From positions 59,903 to 123,902 of IMG/VR virus record IMGVR_UViG_2585427716_000002: a stretch of 64,000 nt of DNA, one strand, 5' to 3'. Positions 1 to 10,200 of this stretch are shown piece after piece. The position numbers and the translations under genes are program-made. How positions within the stretch are numbered: position 1 is the stretch's first letter; each line of letters begins with the position of its first letter. The notes under the pieces were generated by a model. That model saw nothing but the letters and a program-made list of their open reading frames with translations, ran no database searches and was not told where the DNA came from. This DNA comes from a virus (Duplodnaviria > Caudoviricetes).

Positions 1-620
1 AATTTACCGATGGACGCTACATGTTCTCCAGTATCTCCTTTTAGTTTCATAGTGATTATAGGTGACTGTTTCATATCAGGGTGGTAGTCATTTTTGTTAT
101 GGTACTCAATATCTAAACTTGCTTTATGGACCCCAACACCACTGTCATCACCTAAAACAGTTACTGGAGTTGCCTTTCCTCCGCTAATAAAATGGGTATA
201 ACCCTCATACTTATCTAAGGTGTATGCATAAACGGTAGTATAGTCTACAAAGTCCTTATAAAAATTAACAAACCATTTAAGTAAATCCTTTTTATTTGTT
301 GGTAGGTCCTTTGTTGAAATTTTCACTGCTCCTGTCGATTGAGCAAAAGCAAGTAACTGATTGTCCCATCGTCTAAAAATAAGGTGTCTTGTTATGCATA
401 GCATTCCTTCGGTCGGAAGTTCAGGAGAAGTGTATCCTTTACTTGTTTTTACAAACAGACCTTTTTCAAAGCTGATTTTATAAAGGTCGACTTTAGCAGC
501 GTTCTTATTGAAGTCTTGCCACCAATAGTTACCTGATTTATCTTTAAAGCGTCTAAACACTTTATCAAACAAGTCATCTAAGAAACTATCATGTCTAAGT
601 GTTTCTTCGACAAAAGGCAT
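1..620 (-). CDS. Virion structural/tail-associated protein, N-terminal part (runs off the window)
   Basis: ATG at 620 just after the stop of 625..1083; frame MPFVEETLRHDSFLDDLFDK... stays open to the window edge; inside the tail operon. Confidence 0.65.
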   Translation of the reverse strand, partial: MPFVEETLRHDSFLDDLFDKVFRRFKDKSGNYWWQDFNKNAAKVDLYKISFEKGLFVKTSKGYTSPELPTEGMLCITRHLIFRRWDNQLLAFAQSTGAVKISTKDLPTNKKDLLKWFVNFYKDFVDYTTVYAYTLDKYEGYTHFISGGKATPVTVLGDDSGVGVHKASLDIEYHNKNDYHPDMKQSPIITMKLKGDTGEHVASIGK

Positions 621-624
621 AGAA

Positions 625-1083
625 TTAACCCCCTTGTGCGGTTGTATTATCTCTGAGTCCTTGGTAATTGACCCAAGCGTACTTAGACTGCCCGCCACGA
701 TTATTGAATTTAAAAGTTATGGTTTCACCCGCTTTAATTGACTTTACAGCCATTAGCTGAATTCCTTCCGGTACATCTTTGGTATAGATATTCTTGCAGA
801 TGTAATTGATAGGTTGATCATCCTTAACAAAAACACTCCAACTATCGGTCGGATGGTATCTATTTGCACCTACTGCAATGCTAGTCAATTCTATATCCAT
901 TGGAGGTGTGTATTCTGCAACAAATTCCCCAACTTGCCCCGGGATCTCCAGTAAAATCCCCTCAGTGTAGGGTACAGTCTTTGTTGGCATGAATGGGTAA
1001 TCTAAACGTCCTCCATTAAGGTGTCCGACCTGCCCTACTCTATCTAACTCGCCACCAACAACTATATTTGCACCAAAGGACAT
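625..1083 (-). CDS. Putative tail/baseplate structural protein
   Basis: 152-aa beta-rich ORF, RBS GAGGTG, tail operon position. Confidence 0.6.
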   Translation of the reverse strand: MSFGANIVVGGELDRVGQVGHLNGGRLDYPFMPTKTVPYTEGILLEIPGQVGEFVAEYTPPMDIELTSIAVGANRYHPTDSWSVFVKDDQPINYICKNIYTKDVPEGIQLMAVKSIKAGETITFKFNNRGGQSKYAWVNYQGLRDNTTAQGG

Positions 1084-1086
1084 TGG

Positions 1087-1869
1087 TTACACCTCACTTT
1101 CTTCTTCATCGAATTCTTCGTATAGGTCTTCCTCGTACTCAGAACCAGCAAAATCCTCAGTCACCTCAACTTCGACATCTAAAGGTATGTCCTCGGGTTC
1201 AGAGGGATCGAATCCGTCAGCCCAACCGTTTTCAGGAGGTTCGATGTCGTCTTCGGGGAGGTATTCTGTATCTGCATAATCCTCAGCCTCATCGACTTCT
1301 GTATCATACCCTTGGTCAGATCCACCACCGTCATAAAACTCGTTAGGATCATCGAATGTTTCAGTATAGTCCTGTTCTACATCTAAATCGATCCACTGGT
1401 TATCTTCGTAATATGTTAGGTCAACTTTTTTAAAATCTCCGTAGCCGCCTTCTCTTACAATGTTGGCAGTTATACCCTGAGTCCTCTCCAGGAATTGCGT
1501 AGCTATATCCACTTGGACAATCATTAAGTTGTTGATGTATTCATGATCAGGGACTGTTTCAGGTACAGGCGGATCTAACCCACGAACTAAAGAAATGGTA
1601 TCAATTGCCCCATTTCGGTATACTATGAACACTTTCTTTATAACCCTAGGGTCAATAATGTTCGAAGTATCCCGTTCAACCTGAAATGATTCTACTTGCC
1701 ATTGATAAGGATTTAAGGCCGCTGAATCTGAAATACTTCCGTCTACCTCTCCTTTCAACAGAGGGCTTTCAAATTGATGGGATACCCCTTTACCTTGATT
1801 TAACTTTCTATTTATTAAGTCCAGAATCGGGTACACATCGTTTACATTCATGTAGTTACTTTGAGTCAT
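1087..1869 (-). CDS. Hypothetical late protein with very acidic C-terminal ~90 aa
   Basis: 260 aa, D/E-rich tail, own late-type promoter at 1895-1922. Confidence 0.7.
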   Translation of the reverse strand: MTQSNYMNVNDVYPILDLINRKLNQGKGVSHQFESPLLKGEVDGSISDSAALNPYQWQVESFQVERDTSNIIDPRVIKKVFIVYRNGAIDTISLVRGLDPPVPETVPDHEYINNLMIVQVDIATQFLERTQGITANIVREGGYGDFKKVDLTYYEDNQWIDLDVEQDYTETFDDPNEFYDGGGSDQGYDTEVDEAEDYADTEYLPEDDIEPPENGWADGFDPSEPEDIPLDVEVEVTEDFAGSEYEEDLYEEFDEEESEV

Positions 1870-1956
1870 CTACTCACCAACTTTCTCCAAGCATTATAAG
1901 AAAAAACAAAGGTATTCCTAACAGAATGTAGGAATACCTGATTAGACAGTACCTTA

Positions 1957-4900
1957 TTAAACTATCCTTGCTTTACTTACAACACTCTTAGGGGCAGTCC
2001 CAGGGCAATACAAAGTGTATTTCCACCCGGTCCCGTAACTGACGCCTCCTTCATTAATTTTAACTTTAATTTCCCCATCTGACGGTCTGTAATAAAATCC
2101 GATTGGTCCACCGTCACCATGACTAACAGGTTTATCAAGTGCAAATCTTTTCTTACTGCCGGTGTAGATAGCTATTCTATCCTTTGCTTCATACATCTCC
2201 CACTCAACATAAACATAGCCAGCTTTTGTCACCTTGTGTGTGAATGAGGAAGAACCGTTGCCCGATTTTACAGTCTGACCACATGCGACTTTGTTTTCAC
2301 CTTCTACATCCTCAGGAGAAGTTTCAGGAGGGATATTGTAAATCGGCTTATCCTTATAATAGGAATTTGTATCTTGCCAAGTCATTTCTAAAAAGTTGAC
2401 CATACCTTCCTTATTGCCGACAAGCCTATTACCTTTAACGATGTAGTACCCTGCGGTTGACGTTGTTTGATCGTACACATAGGCCCCGTCTAACACTTCG
2501 ATCATAGGATTACCTTTTACTACAGCATTGTAAGTCCTAGCTTGCCGTTTCATATCAAAAAACAATTTTTCTGCGATATCCTCTTTCATCCCTCTTGCGT
2601 TAGACCCATAGCTCTCATCTACCCATTCAGAGACTACCTTTGCAGTTCTCATCTTACCTTTTGTTGATATTAACAAATCCTTGTCAACAAAATGCTCAAT
2701 CTGCCCCCCACTACCGACAATCATAAGATGGTTTCGTACACGAGAATGGTCTACAGAAGAGGTTAGAGAGTGAAGATTCTCACTGTCAATAAATTCCCAC
2801 TTTGCGTCTACAGCTGTTAGATTTCTTATGTTCTCTAAACGAAATGTGCCATACCTATCGCAGTAAGCTCGGTACATTAGATCACCAATCAACTCTTGAA
2901 TAGCGTCAGAGGCTCTTGTACCTTCTGTAAAGTCTATCGCCTGTACGTATGGATTTTTATATCCATAGGCGTCTTTGACAGTAGATATTTTTTTCTTGAC
3001 GTACTCTTTTTTCTTAGAGTCCCATACAACGGCAGTTTTACCTCCACGATCAATATCAATATAGTAGGTTTCTTCTATAACTGCGTCCGGGTACTCTAAG
3101 TCATCCTCAACTACCCTCCAACCTATGAGTCCTGACTCGTTAACGATGTTATGCACGATTGCAGATTTTACCCACATGACGACAGGCTCCTTTTCATCCC
3201 CGTGGATTTCATCCCTCCTAGGAAATGTTAAAATCCTATCAAAGACGTGTTCCTCCAACTCATCGTACATATCTACACAATTTATTGAAATTGTACTTGC
3301 TTCTGAGTCTTCTTCTATTTCCCCCTTAATTCGTCCCGTAAAGACCCTTACTAAGTTTTCACCGTATCCAGCATAGATCCGTACAGGAGTTGCTTCACTT
3401 AGAACGTGTCTTACCGCTCCCTGTTCATAATAAGACATGTCTGAATCTCTTCTGTTCTCAGGGAATACTGTCGTTCTTGTGTAAGTTGGGGAGTACGTAC
3501 CTAATTTGTTATCTAACGTAAATCTCGCCGTACCTACCCTGCTGTCAAAATGGGTGCTTACTTCCCATTCAGTAATATCTTTCTCTATAGCAAAGGTGGT
3601 CTCATATACAAATGCTCCAGTATCTAACCACACGTCTCTCTTGCGAGCAACAATGCTTTCTTTTACATACGCATTTTCCACCTCGACCACTTTAAAGCAC
3701 TTAATGCCGAACTCTGCTTCTCCACTTACGTTATCTATGGTGAAATCAAGAATGTGGGAATTCACTCCCGCCTGGTCACTTACTGAATATTTACCGTAAA
3801 TAGGTGACTCGTAAGTTGGTTTGACCGTATTGTTAGATTTGGTATACCGTTTGACAACCAACCCATCATAGGTGACGGTTACTGAATCCTCGTCCTTCAA
3901 GTTTGCAAAATAAGCGTACTCGTAGTATCCGTCCGCAGAGAAATTATGCTTATAACCAAAGTCCTTAACCTGTCCCTTTTTTATGTTCCCGCTAAAACCT
4001 ATATACCTTTCTCCTGTTGTAAGCGATGTAAAGTGTTTTATATTTTCTTTACCAATCCAATTACTGCTAAGGTCGGCATTCTTATCAAAACATTTATTAA
4101 ATTTAATGTTATGGACAATTTCTTTTTCTACTGTAGAAGATCCCGAACTTCCCGCAGCAATTTTCTGGGCGCCCGTTAGTATAGGGTATCCGTCAAGGTG
4201 TCCGTTTCCTCCGTAGACCCATTGGTTCTTCCAAACTTCAAAATGTAAGTGAGAACCAAAAGACCCACCCGTATTACCTACTCTCCCAACTCTCGTTCCA
4301 GCCTTGATTTTTTGGCCTGAACGTACTTGCAGAGAGCCATCCTTCATGTGTGCATAGACTGTCCCATATCCGTTGGGGTGCTTCATCATTACGACATTCC
4401 CGTAAGTGGTACTCTTATACGCTCTTTGGACAGTACCATCCCAGGCCGCCACTACCCATCGGCCATCTACCCCTGCCGATCCGCTGCTTTTACTCGTAAT
4501 ATCAATTCCTTTGTGCATTCGACCTCCACGAAGTCCATGTGGAGATGAAAGCTTTGCGTCTCCTGAGAAACTCATACCCTCAATAGGGAACACTGGCTTG
4601 GACGAGTCAGATGTAGAATTGTAGATTTCTATGCCTTTATTTTCTATAGAATATACCTCTTCTTCCCCGCATGCCGAGCATTCTTCCTTAGCTATATTAG
4701 CACTTATAGAAGAACTGCTAGAAGACCCTATTGAACCAGCTTCTCTACAGTTCCATTTACTCGAACCTTGTAGAGCCTGGCTTCTGATTATGTCGTAATA
4801 CTGCTTTACTCTTACTTTCCAGTTTGCTCCGTCAGCGGACCATACCCATTTCCCGTACCCTTTATCCCCACCTTCATGAAAGTAATCAATGTCACTTGCC

Positions 4901-5445
4901 GTCATATTATTGCTGGAGTTTATCTTAGAAAATCTACTACCCATTGCGTCAGCATATCTTTTAGCTGCAAATTTTGCCTGAGTATCTATACCTGAATAAG
5001 TGTAGTCGCAAGCACCAGGGCACCCATACCCCACAATGAAACTACCTTTTTCAGGTTTACCTTGACCTAATGTTCCAAAGGCTGTCTCGTGTTTAGCTAC
5101 AGCTAGAAAAAAGTAATAGGCTTGAGTCGGTAATCTGTATGCTTTCGCCCACCTATTAAAAGCACATTTAATGTACTCGAAGCGGTCTCCTGATTCTCCC
5201 CCTGAGGTAACTTTTGTAGGTTCTTCTGTTAAGGGGGATGTCATCTCAGCGTTCGATTGCACTTTTTCAAGAGAGGCTGATCGTATTCTATCCCATACCT
5301 CGAACTTGCTTCGCATACCGGGTACGTACGATACTTTATCTAACTCAATTACAACTCTCGGCTCATGACCGAGTGCGTTAACTTTCCTCATAACATCATG
5401 CAATAACTGCTTTGCAGGAGTATCTTTATCGAAGACGTTTGTCAC
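1957..5445 (-). CDS. Tail-associated lysin / baseplate hub with lysozyme-like and M23 peptidase domains
   Basis: M23 motifs HKGID and HLH (GSHLHFEV); AVAKHETAFG lysozyme-like motif; hub-like region (VFTGRI, YCDRYGTF); downstream of the tape measure gene. Confidence 0.8.
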   Translation of the reverse strand: MTNVFDKDTPAKQLLHDVMRKVNALGHEPRVVIELDKVSYVPGMRSKFEVWDRIRSASLEKVQSNAEMTSPLTEEPTKVTSGGESGDRFEYIKCAFNRWAKAYRLPTQAYYFFLAVAKHETAFGTLGQGKPEKGSFIVGYGCPGACDYTYSGIDTQAKFAAKRYADAMGSRFSKINSSNNMTASDIDYFHEGGDKGYGKWVWSADGANWKVRVKQYYDIIRSQALQGSSKWNCREAGSIGSSSSSSISANIAKEECSACGEEEVYSIENKGIEIYNSTSDSSKPVFPIEGMSFSGDAKLSSPHGLRGGRMHKGIDITSKSSGSAGVDGRWVVAAWDGTVQRAYKSTTYGNVVMMKHPNGYGTVYAHMKDGSLQVRSGQKIKAGTRVGRVGNTGGSFGSHLHFEVWKNQWVYGGNGHLDGYPILTGAQKIAAGSSGSSTVEKEIVHNIKFNKCFDKNADLSSNWIGKENIKHFTSLTTGERYIGFSGNIKKGQVKDFGYKHNFSADGYYEYAYFANLKDEDSVTVTYDGLVVKRYTKSNNTVKPTYESPIYGKYSVSDQAGVNSHILDFTIDNVSGEAEFGIKCFKVVEVENAYVKESIVARKRDVWLDTGAFVYETTFAIEKDITEWEVSTHFDSRVGTARFTLDNKLGTYSPTYTRTTVFPENRRDSDMSYYEQGAVRHVLSEATPVRIYAGYGENLVRVFTGRIKGEIEEDSEASTISINCVDMYDELEEHVFDRILTFPRRDEIHGDEKEPVVMWVKSAIVHNIVNESGLIGWRVVEDDLEYPDAVIEETYYIDIDRGGKTAVVWDSKKKEYVKKKISTVKDAYGYKNPYVQAIDFTEGTRASDAIQELIGDLMYRAYCDRYGTFRLENIRNLTAVDAKWEFIDSENLHSLTSSVDHSRVRNHLMIVGSGGQIEHFVDKDLLISTKGKMRTAKVVSEWVDESYGSNARGMKEDIAEKLFFDMKRQARTYNAVVKGNPMIEVLDGAYVYDQTTSTAGYYIVKGNRLVGNKEGMVNFLEMTWQDTNSYYKDKPIYNIPPETSPEDVEGENKVACGQTVKSGNGSSSFTHKVTKAGYVYVEWEMYEAKDRIAIYTGSKKRFALDKPVSHGDGGPIGFYYRPSDGEIKVKINEGGVSYGTGWKYTLYCPGTAPKSVVSKARIV

Positions 5446-5456
5446 TTAAATTCCCC

Positions 5457-6530
5457 CTATCTGAATCTTTCTAAAGCCCACTCAGAAAATCTATGGAGAT
5501 AAACTACAGCTTCCGCTTTAGTTACACAGACCTCGGGCTGGAAAGAATTATCCTCATATAGAGGAAAAACGTAACACCCGTCGTTGAATTTCTCATCTAA
5601 TATATTTAAAACATCTTCTGAGTACCATTTACCGACAATTTTCTTCCTGTCCGAAATGTGCCTCTCTGTCTTATCTACACTATTTGGATGATACCCACGG
5701 TCTGTGTATTTCCCATAAAGGCTTTTTCTCATTCGTTGCAGAATGACAAAGAATTCTGCTCTTGAAACAGTGATGTTTGGGAAAAACCTATCACTGTTCA
5801 TTACACATTTCGAAGAAGGGACTACCTTCTCTTTCTGTCTATTTTTCACTACAGCACCCGACTTATAGTTGTAGTTGACATAGATCGGGAATTGGTTAAG
5901 GTTATAGGAGACGTAGAGAACCCCGTTAATGATTGTAAAACAATCATCCTGGTCCCCTATTGTTCGAGTAAGGGCTGCTTGTATTGATTCTCCCTCAGCC
6001 TTATCGACATTCACTCTTGTTAACTTTTTACTCATGCAGACTGCCACTTCATTAAGTGAGTACCGCAAATCAAAAACATATTTTTTGTACATTTCAAGTT
6101 TTTTACTCGGGTATGCTAAAGAGCAAGTGCTAGTCAGTGGATACGTTTGACAGTTTTTTGGTGTGTGGTCTCCCTGGTGCATTTGCACAACCCCTGAAAG
6201 GCAAATACTCACCTGTTTATTCCCTGCCATAGGGAATCCAACATGGACATAGTCCTTTTCCAGTTTAGTCGGGTTGTATGGAATGCCGTCCACATAAACA
6301 ACGACAGTCTCTCTAGAATCAGGCTTGTACCCTTTTATGTGGAACTTCGTCTGCCCACCTGTAGTGGTAAAGTTATAAACCTTTCTTGATTTACCTGTAA
6401 CAAACTTGTTGTACCGTTTCGGAGTAAATAAAGTCTCTTCTCTCTTGGAATCTAAGAATATTTTGTCAGCTTCCAACACTGATCTGTAAAACCAATCTTT
6501 AGGGCTGACATCTAACCATTTCTTTGTCAC
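5457..6530 (-). CDS. Tail protein with SLH-like repeats
   Basis: WLDVSPKDWFY, FFPNITVSRAEF and YEDNSFQPEVCVTKAEA match the SLH pattern. Confidence 0.65.
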   Translation of the reverse strand: MTKKWLDVSPKDWFYRSVLEADKIFLDSKREETLFTPKRYNKFVTGKSRKVYNFTTTGGQTKFHIKGYKPDSRETVVVYVDGIPYNPTKLEKDYVHVGFPMAGNKQVSICLSGVVQMHQGDHTPKNCQTYPLTSTCSLAYPSKKLEMYKKYVFDLRYSLNEVAVCMSKKLTRVNVDKAEGESIQAALTRTIGDQDDCFTIINGVLYVSYNLNQFPIYVNYNYKSGAVVKNRQKEKVVPSSKCVMNSDRFFPNITVSRAEFFVILQRMRKSLYGKYTDRGYHPNSVDKTERHISDRKKIVGKWYSEDVLNILDEKFNDGCYVFPLYEDNSFQPEVCVTKAEAVVYLHRFSEWALERFR

Positions 6531-6531
6531 A

Positions 6532-7149
6532 TCAGTACCCCCTAAGAATTTTCTCTATATATTTGTATGTCCTTGTCATAAAGGCGGTTGTTTGCGCCCT
6601 TGTTATCCAAACCTCAGGCTGGAAGAACTGGACCTCTGTACCGTCACTAGCATAAGTAGCAATCAAGCCCCTTTGCTGCATTTCATCGATATACTGTTGC
6701 GCCCAATGATTCTCTATATCGATATATGGATACTCATGCCTAAATTCAAAGTCTTGTTTTCTAATAAGAGCTAAACTGACAGTCACAAGGTACTTTGATT
6801 CAAACTCGACTGATTCTATGTCAAGCTCTCCGGTCACCACTCCTACATATATTGTTCCTTTTTCATCATAGTATTTGTGTTCTGCTCCAATGAACTGTAA
6901 CCAGTCAGCAAATTCCTCTTTACTGTAAAAAAGGAATTGCAATGTTGTCTGATAATAGGACGTCCCTTTTCCCACTAAACCTGCTGAGGATTGTACGTTC
7001 GTGTTTACTCCTGAAAGCATTGTTGGTACTGGGGGTTTGTACTCTCCTGTAGGTCTACCTCTAACCTGGATGAAACGAACCCCGTTATCGTAAAATAGCT
7101 TTCGCTTAAAAACATCGTCATTTGTTTTATTAGGTTTCTGTTGAGCCAT
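6532..7149 (-). CDS. Distal-tail-like protein with C-terminal SLH domain (start revised to ATG 7149)
   Basis: Directly after the tape measure gene; YIDIENHWAQQYIDEMQQRGLI...FQPEVWITRAQ is SLH-like; RBS GGGGTG before ATG 7149. Confidence 0.7.
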   Translation of the reverse strand: MAQQKPNKTNDDVFKRKLFYDNGVRFIQVRGRPTGEYKPPVPTMLSGVNTNVQSSAGLVGKGTSYYQTTLQFLFYSKEEFADWLQFIGAEHKYYDEKGTIYVGVVTGELDIESVEFESKYLVTVSLALIRKQDFEFRHEYPYIDIENHWAQQYIDEMQQRGLIATYASDGTEVQFFQPEVWITRAQTTAFMTRTYKYIEKILRGY

Positions 7150-7208
7150 CAAATCACCCCTAAGCATTATAAGAAAACCCCACCTAAAATTAGATGGGGT
7201 CTTGTAAT

Positions 7209-10200
7209 CTAAAAACTCCTGTAACCTAAAGGGCCACTATTCAACTGTGTACGCAAGGCTTGCGACCGGCCGTCAGCTAAACCCTGACCCAATGAACGAC
7301 CTAAATCAGACAGCTGCTTGCTACCCGTTTTGTCAGTTACATTAGGGAGTGTTATGTTGACGTACATATCTCCTGACTGAACCGTGAAGTTAGAGTGAGA
7401 TCCTTTACGAGCCATGTAATCATATTGGGACATTGCGCTGACACCGTCAGGCAGGTTAAATGTCCCACCCATTTGAGACTTTAGCTCTTGATGGATACCG
7501 AGTTGAGCTTGGAGTGACTGTTTTGTCAGATCTCTGATGTCTTTCATAACTTGCTCATACTCAGACGAACCTTTTGAATAATTTCCTAGGTCTGCCCTTC
7601 TTTGTGCAAGAGTCTTGTCCACAAGAGACTTCCGCTCTTGTAGTTCTCTAATTCTCAAATCTCTAGCCAAGAAACTGTCGTCCGACACACCTGGACCAAG
7701 ATTGACACGTTCCTGCATGTACTTGATCTCCATGTCATCCATTGAGTTATTAAACGGATTCTTCCAAGCTTGTAGCCTTTGGAGTCTTAGATTTTTCACT
7801 TCTAATTGAGCACTTGCAATTTGTTGACGTAAACTCTGCATTGCGTCACCAAGTTTATTGTCAGGATCGGCCATATTTTGAGCCTCTAAGTTGGACAATT
7901 CAGATTGTAAGGAAGATATTAAAGACTGGTCATTTCCAATCTGAGCGTCATAGAACTGCGGCGTATCCGTATTCATAGAGATACTGTTTAAGGTATCCAT
8001 GTATTGTTTTTGAGCCGATGATCTTGACACATTGTTCTGCATAATAGTTAGATACCCATCAACTTTTGTACGTTGTTCTTCAAGGGCCAGCTCCTTCATT
8101 TTAGGTTCAAATTCTTTATTGACCTCTTTTTGTTTAGACTTGGCCTCATCAAGAGCGTCTTTTGCAGATGCGTACTCCTTAGACCCCTTACCTTTTCCTT
8201 TGGATTGGAGTTCTCGAAGGGCTTCCTCCCGCTCTTTAACGAATTGGTTAAGGGCGTCAATCTCTTCCTGGTATGCTTTTCTCTCTTTGCGGATAGCTTC
8301 GAGTCTGATTTGCAGGTACTCTTCGGAATCAGACTTCATCCCGTTAAGTAGCGCACTCATCTGAGTTAAAGAGTTTTGGCTCTGTACATCTTGAACCCTC
8401 TCTTCTATCCGAGTTTTCATCTGATCTACAGAGAACCATTGTAACTGGCCGTCGTCGTACATTTGATTTTCCCATGCTTTCCTGGCTTCCTCAGCTTTCC
8501 TCTTTCGCTCAGCTTGCTCTGCCTCTGAAATAGCATACTCTTTGTACTGTTTTATGAACTCCTTCTCTTCCATCTTTTGCAATTTGTTGTTCGAACCGGA
8601 TTCATCTAAATAGTTCTTAGTCAAATCGTCTAGAGTGACAGGATCAGCATACTTGTCCTTAGCTTTCGCCTCTTCATTCGCTTTATTGACGGCTTTTTTC
8701 CAGTCTGATGTCCCATATTTCTCCTTCATCCAACTTTCGAATTCACCTTTAAAGTTTTGGACATCGTCCATACCTACAGAGGTGTTTCCAAGAAACATAT
8801 CTTTTAGTTGATTCCAGTACAACACGGTACCTTTACTAAATTGCTGGAGACTCGTAAACTCTCCCAACAACCCGCCACCTTTTTCAAAGGAAGCATACTC
8901 CTTTGCTGCCTCATTCTTCGAGTTCCTGTAATCCCGGATGTCTTTCTGACCATCAGTAAGCAGAGAGTTCTGACTAATCTCTCCAATAACATCTCCGACT
9001 GCTAAAGCAACACCTAGCTGTTTGGCAAAGCTTCCGATATTACGGGCAATGCCCATAATTGCGCCACCGGCTCCTCTTGCTCTATCGGGAATAGAATCAA
9101 GCAAATTCAAGAAAGAGTCCATTCTATTTCTAGAAGCTCTTTCAGCCTCATTTCCTACATCTCGAACTGCTCGACTAAGATCTCTGTAGGATTCTGTACC
9201 CTGTCTAGTTGCGGAGGCATTTCTCCGGGTCCTTTCTTCATACTTCTGCATGGCTTGATTCAACTCATCCATGTCCTTGATAGCTTTCCCTGTGCCACTA
9301 TAATTTTGATTAAGGAATGACTCGAAGTCTTTTCTTTTATTGTCATCCATATCGGCCAGTTTCCCAGCAGTGTTTCGATCCTTACTGTCGAGGTTGTCAA
9401 ATTTATTACGATCCTGTAGAGAATTTACTAACTCAGCTGCAAACTCTCTATCGAAGACAGCCTCTAACGCCCTTGAATTCATCAGATTGGTCGCATTGAA
9501 TGAGGAACGTTGATGTACCTCATCCACAGTCATTCCAGGTTTGTTTTGCCGGTAGCCTCTTGATTCATCCATAATACTTAACAGGTCCGTTACATTGCCG
9601 GCCCTGCCCTTATCCTTTACATACTGCCTAATCTCCCTTTGTCTATCCCTATCCAAGTTAGCCAGCTCTTCGAAATAAGGTCGTAAGGTATCATTCTTCA
9701 TGGCAGTATTAAAGAATTTTCGATCTGACATGTTTTGTGAGGCTTTCTTTCCAGTGTCAGACTTATCCAGAATGTATTCATCCATAAACCGGGTCGCACC
9801 GTACTTTTGTCTACCTGACAGCCCAGTTTCACCAAAATAGTTACGTCTCATCTCTGCATTGGTTTTATGCTCATCGTATTTCCCCCACTGCCCTAATTTC
9901 TTCACTCCGTACATAGCACCGAAGCCAATAAGAGCGTTGGTTAAAACACCTATTACATTAGCAATAGTTTCAGCATTATCTTCCAATCCGTGTGCCAAGT
10001 TGGTGATATTTTTTGATAACATTTGAATTTCAGGACTCATCTCCTCAAGGATAGAAGTTAAAGCGTTGTCCATAGAAATTCCGGCACGTTCCATATTTAC
10101 AGTAGGGGCGTCCATCGTTTTCGATAACATGGTTGCTAGCTTATCAGGGTTCTTTTGAAAATCCTCAATTTGCTTCATCATGTTGAAGAAATTCAAATCA

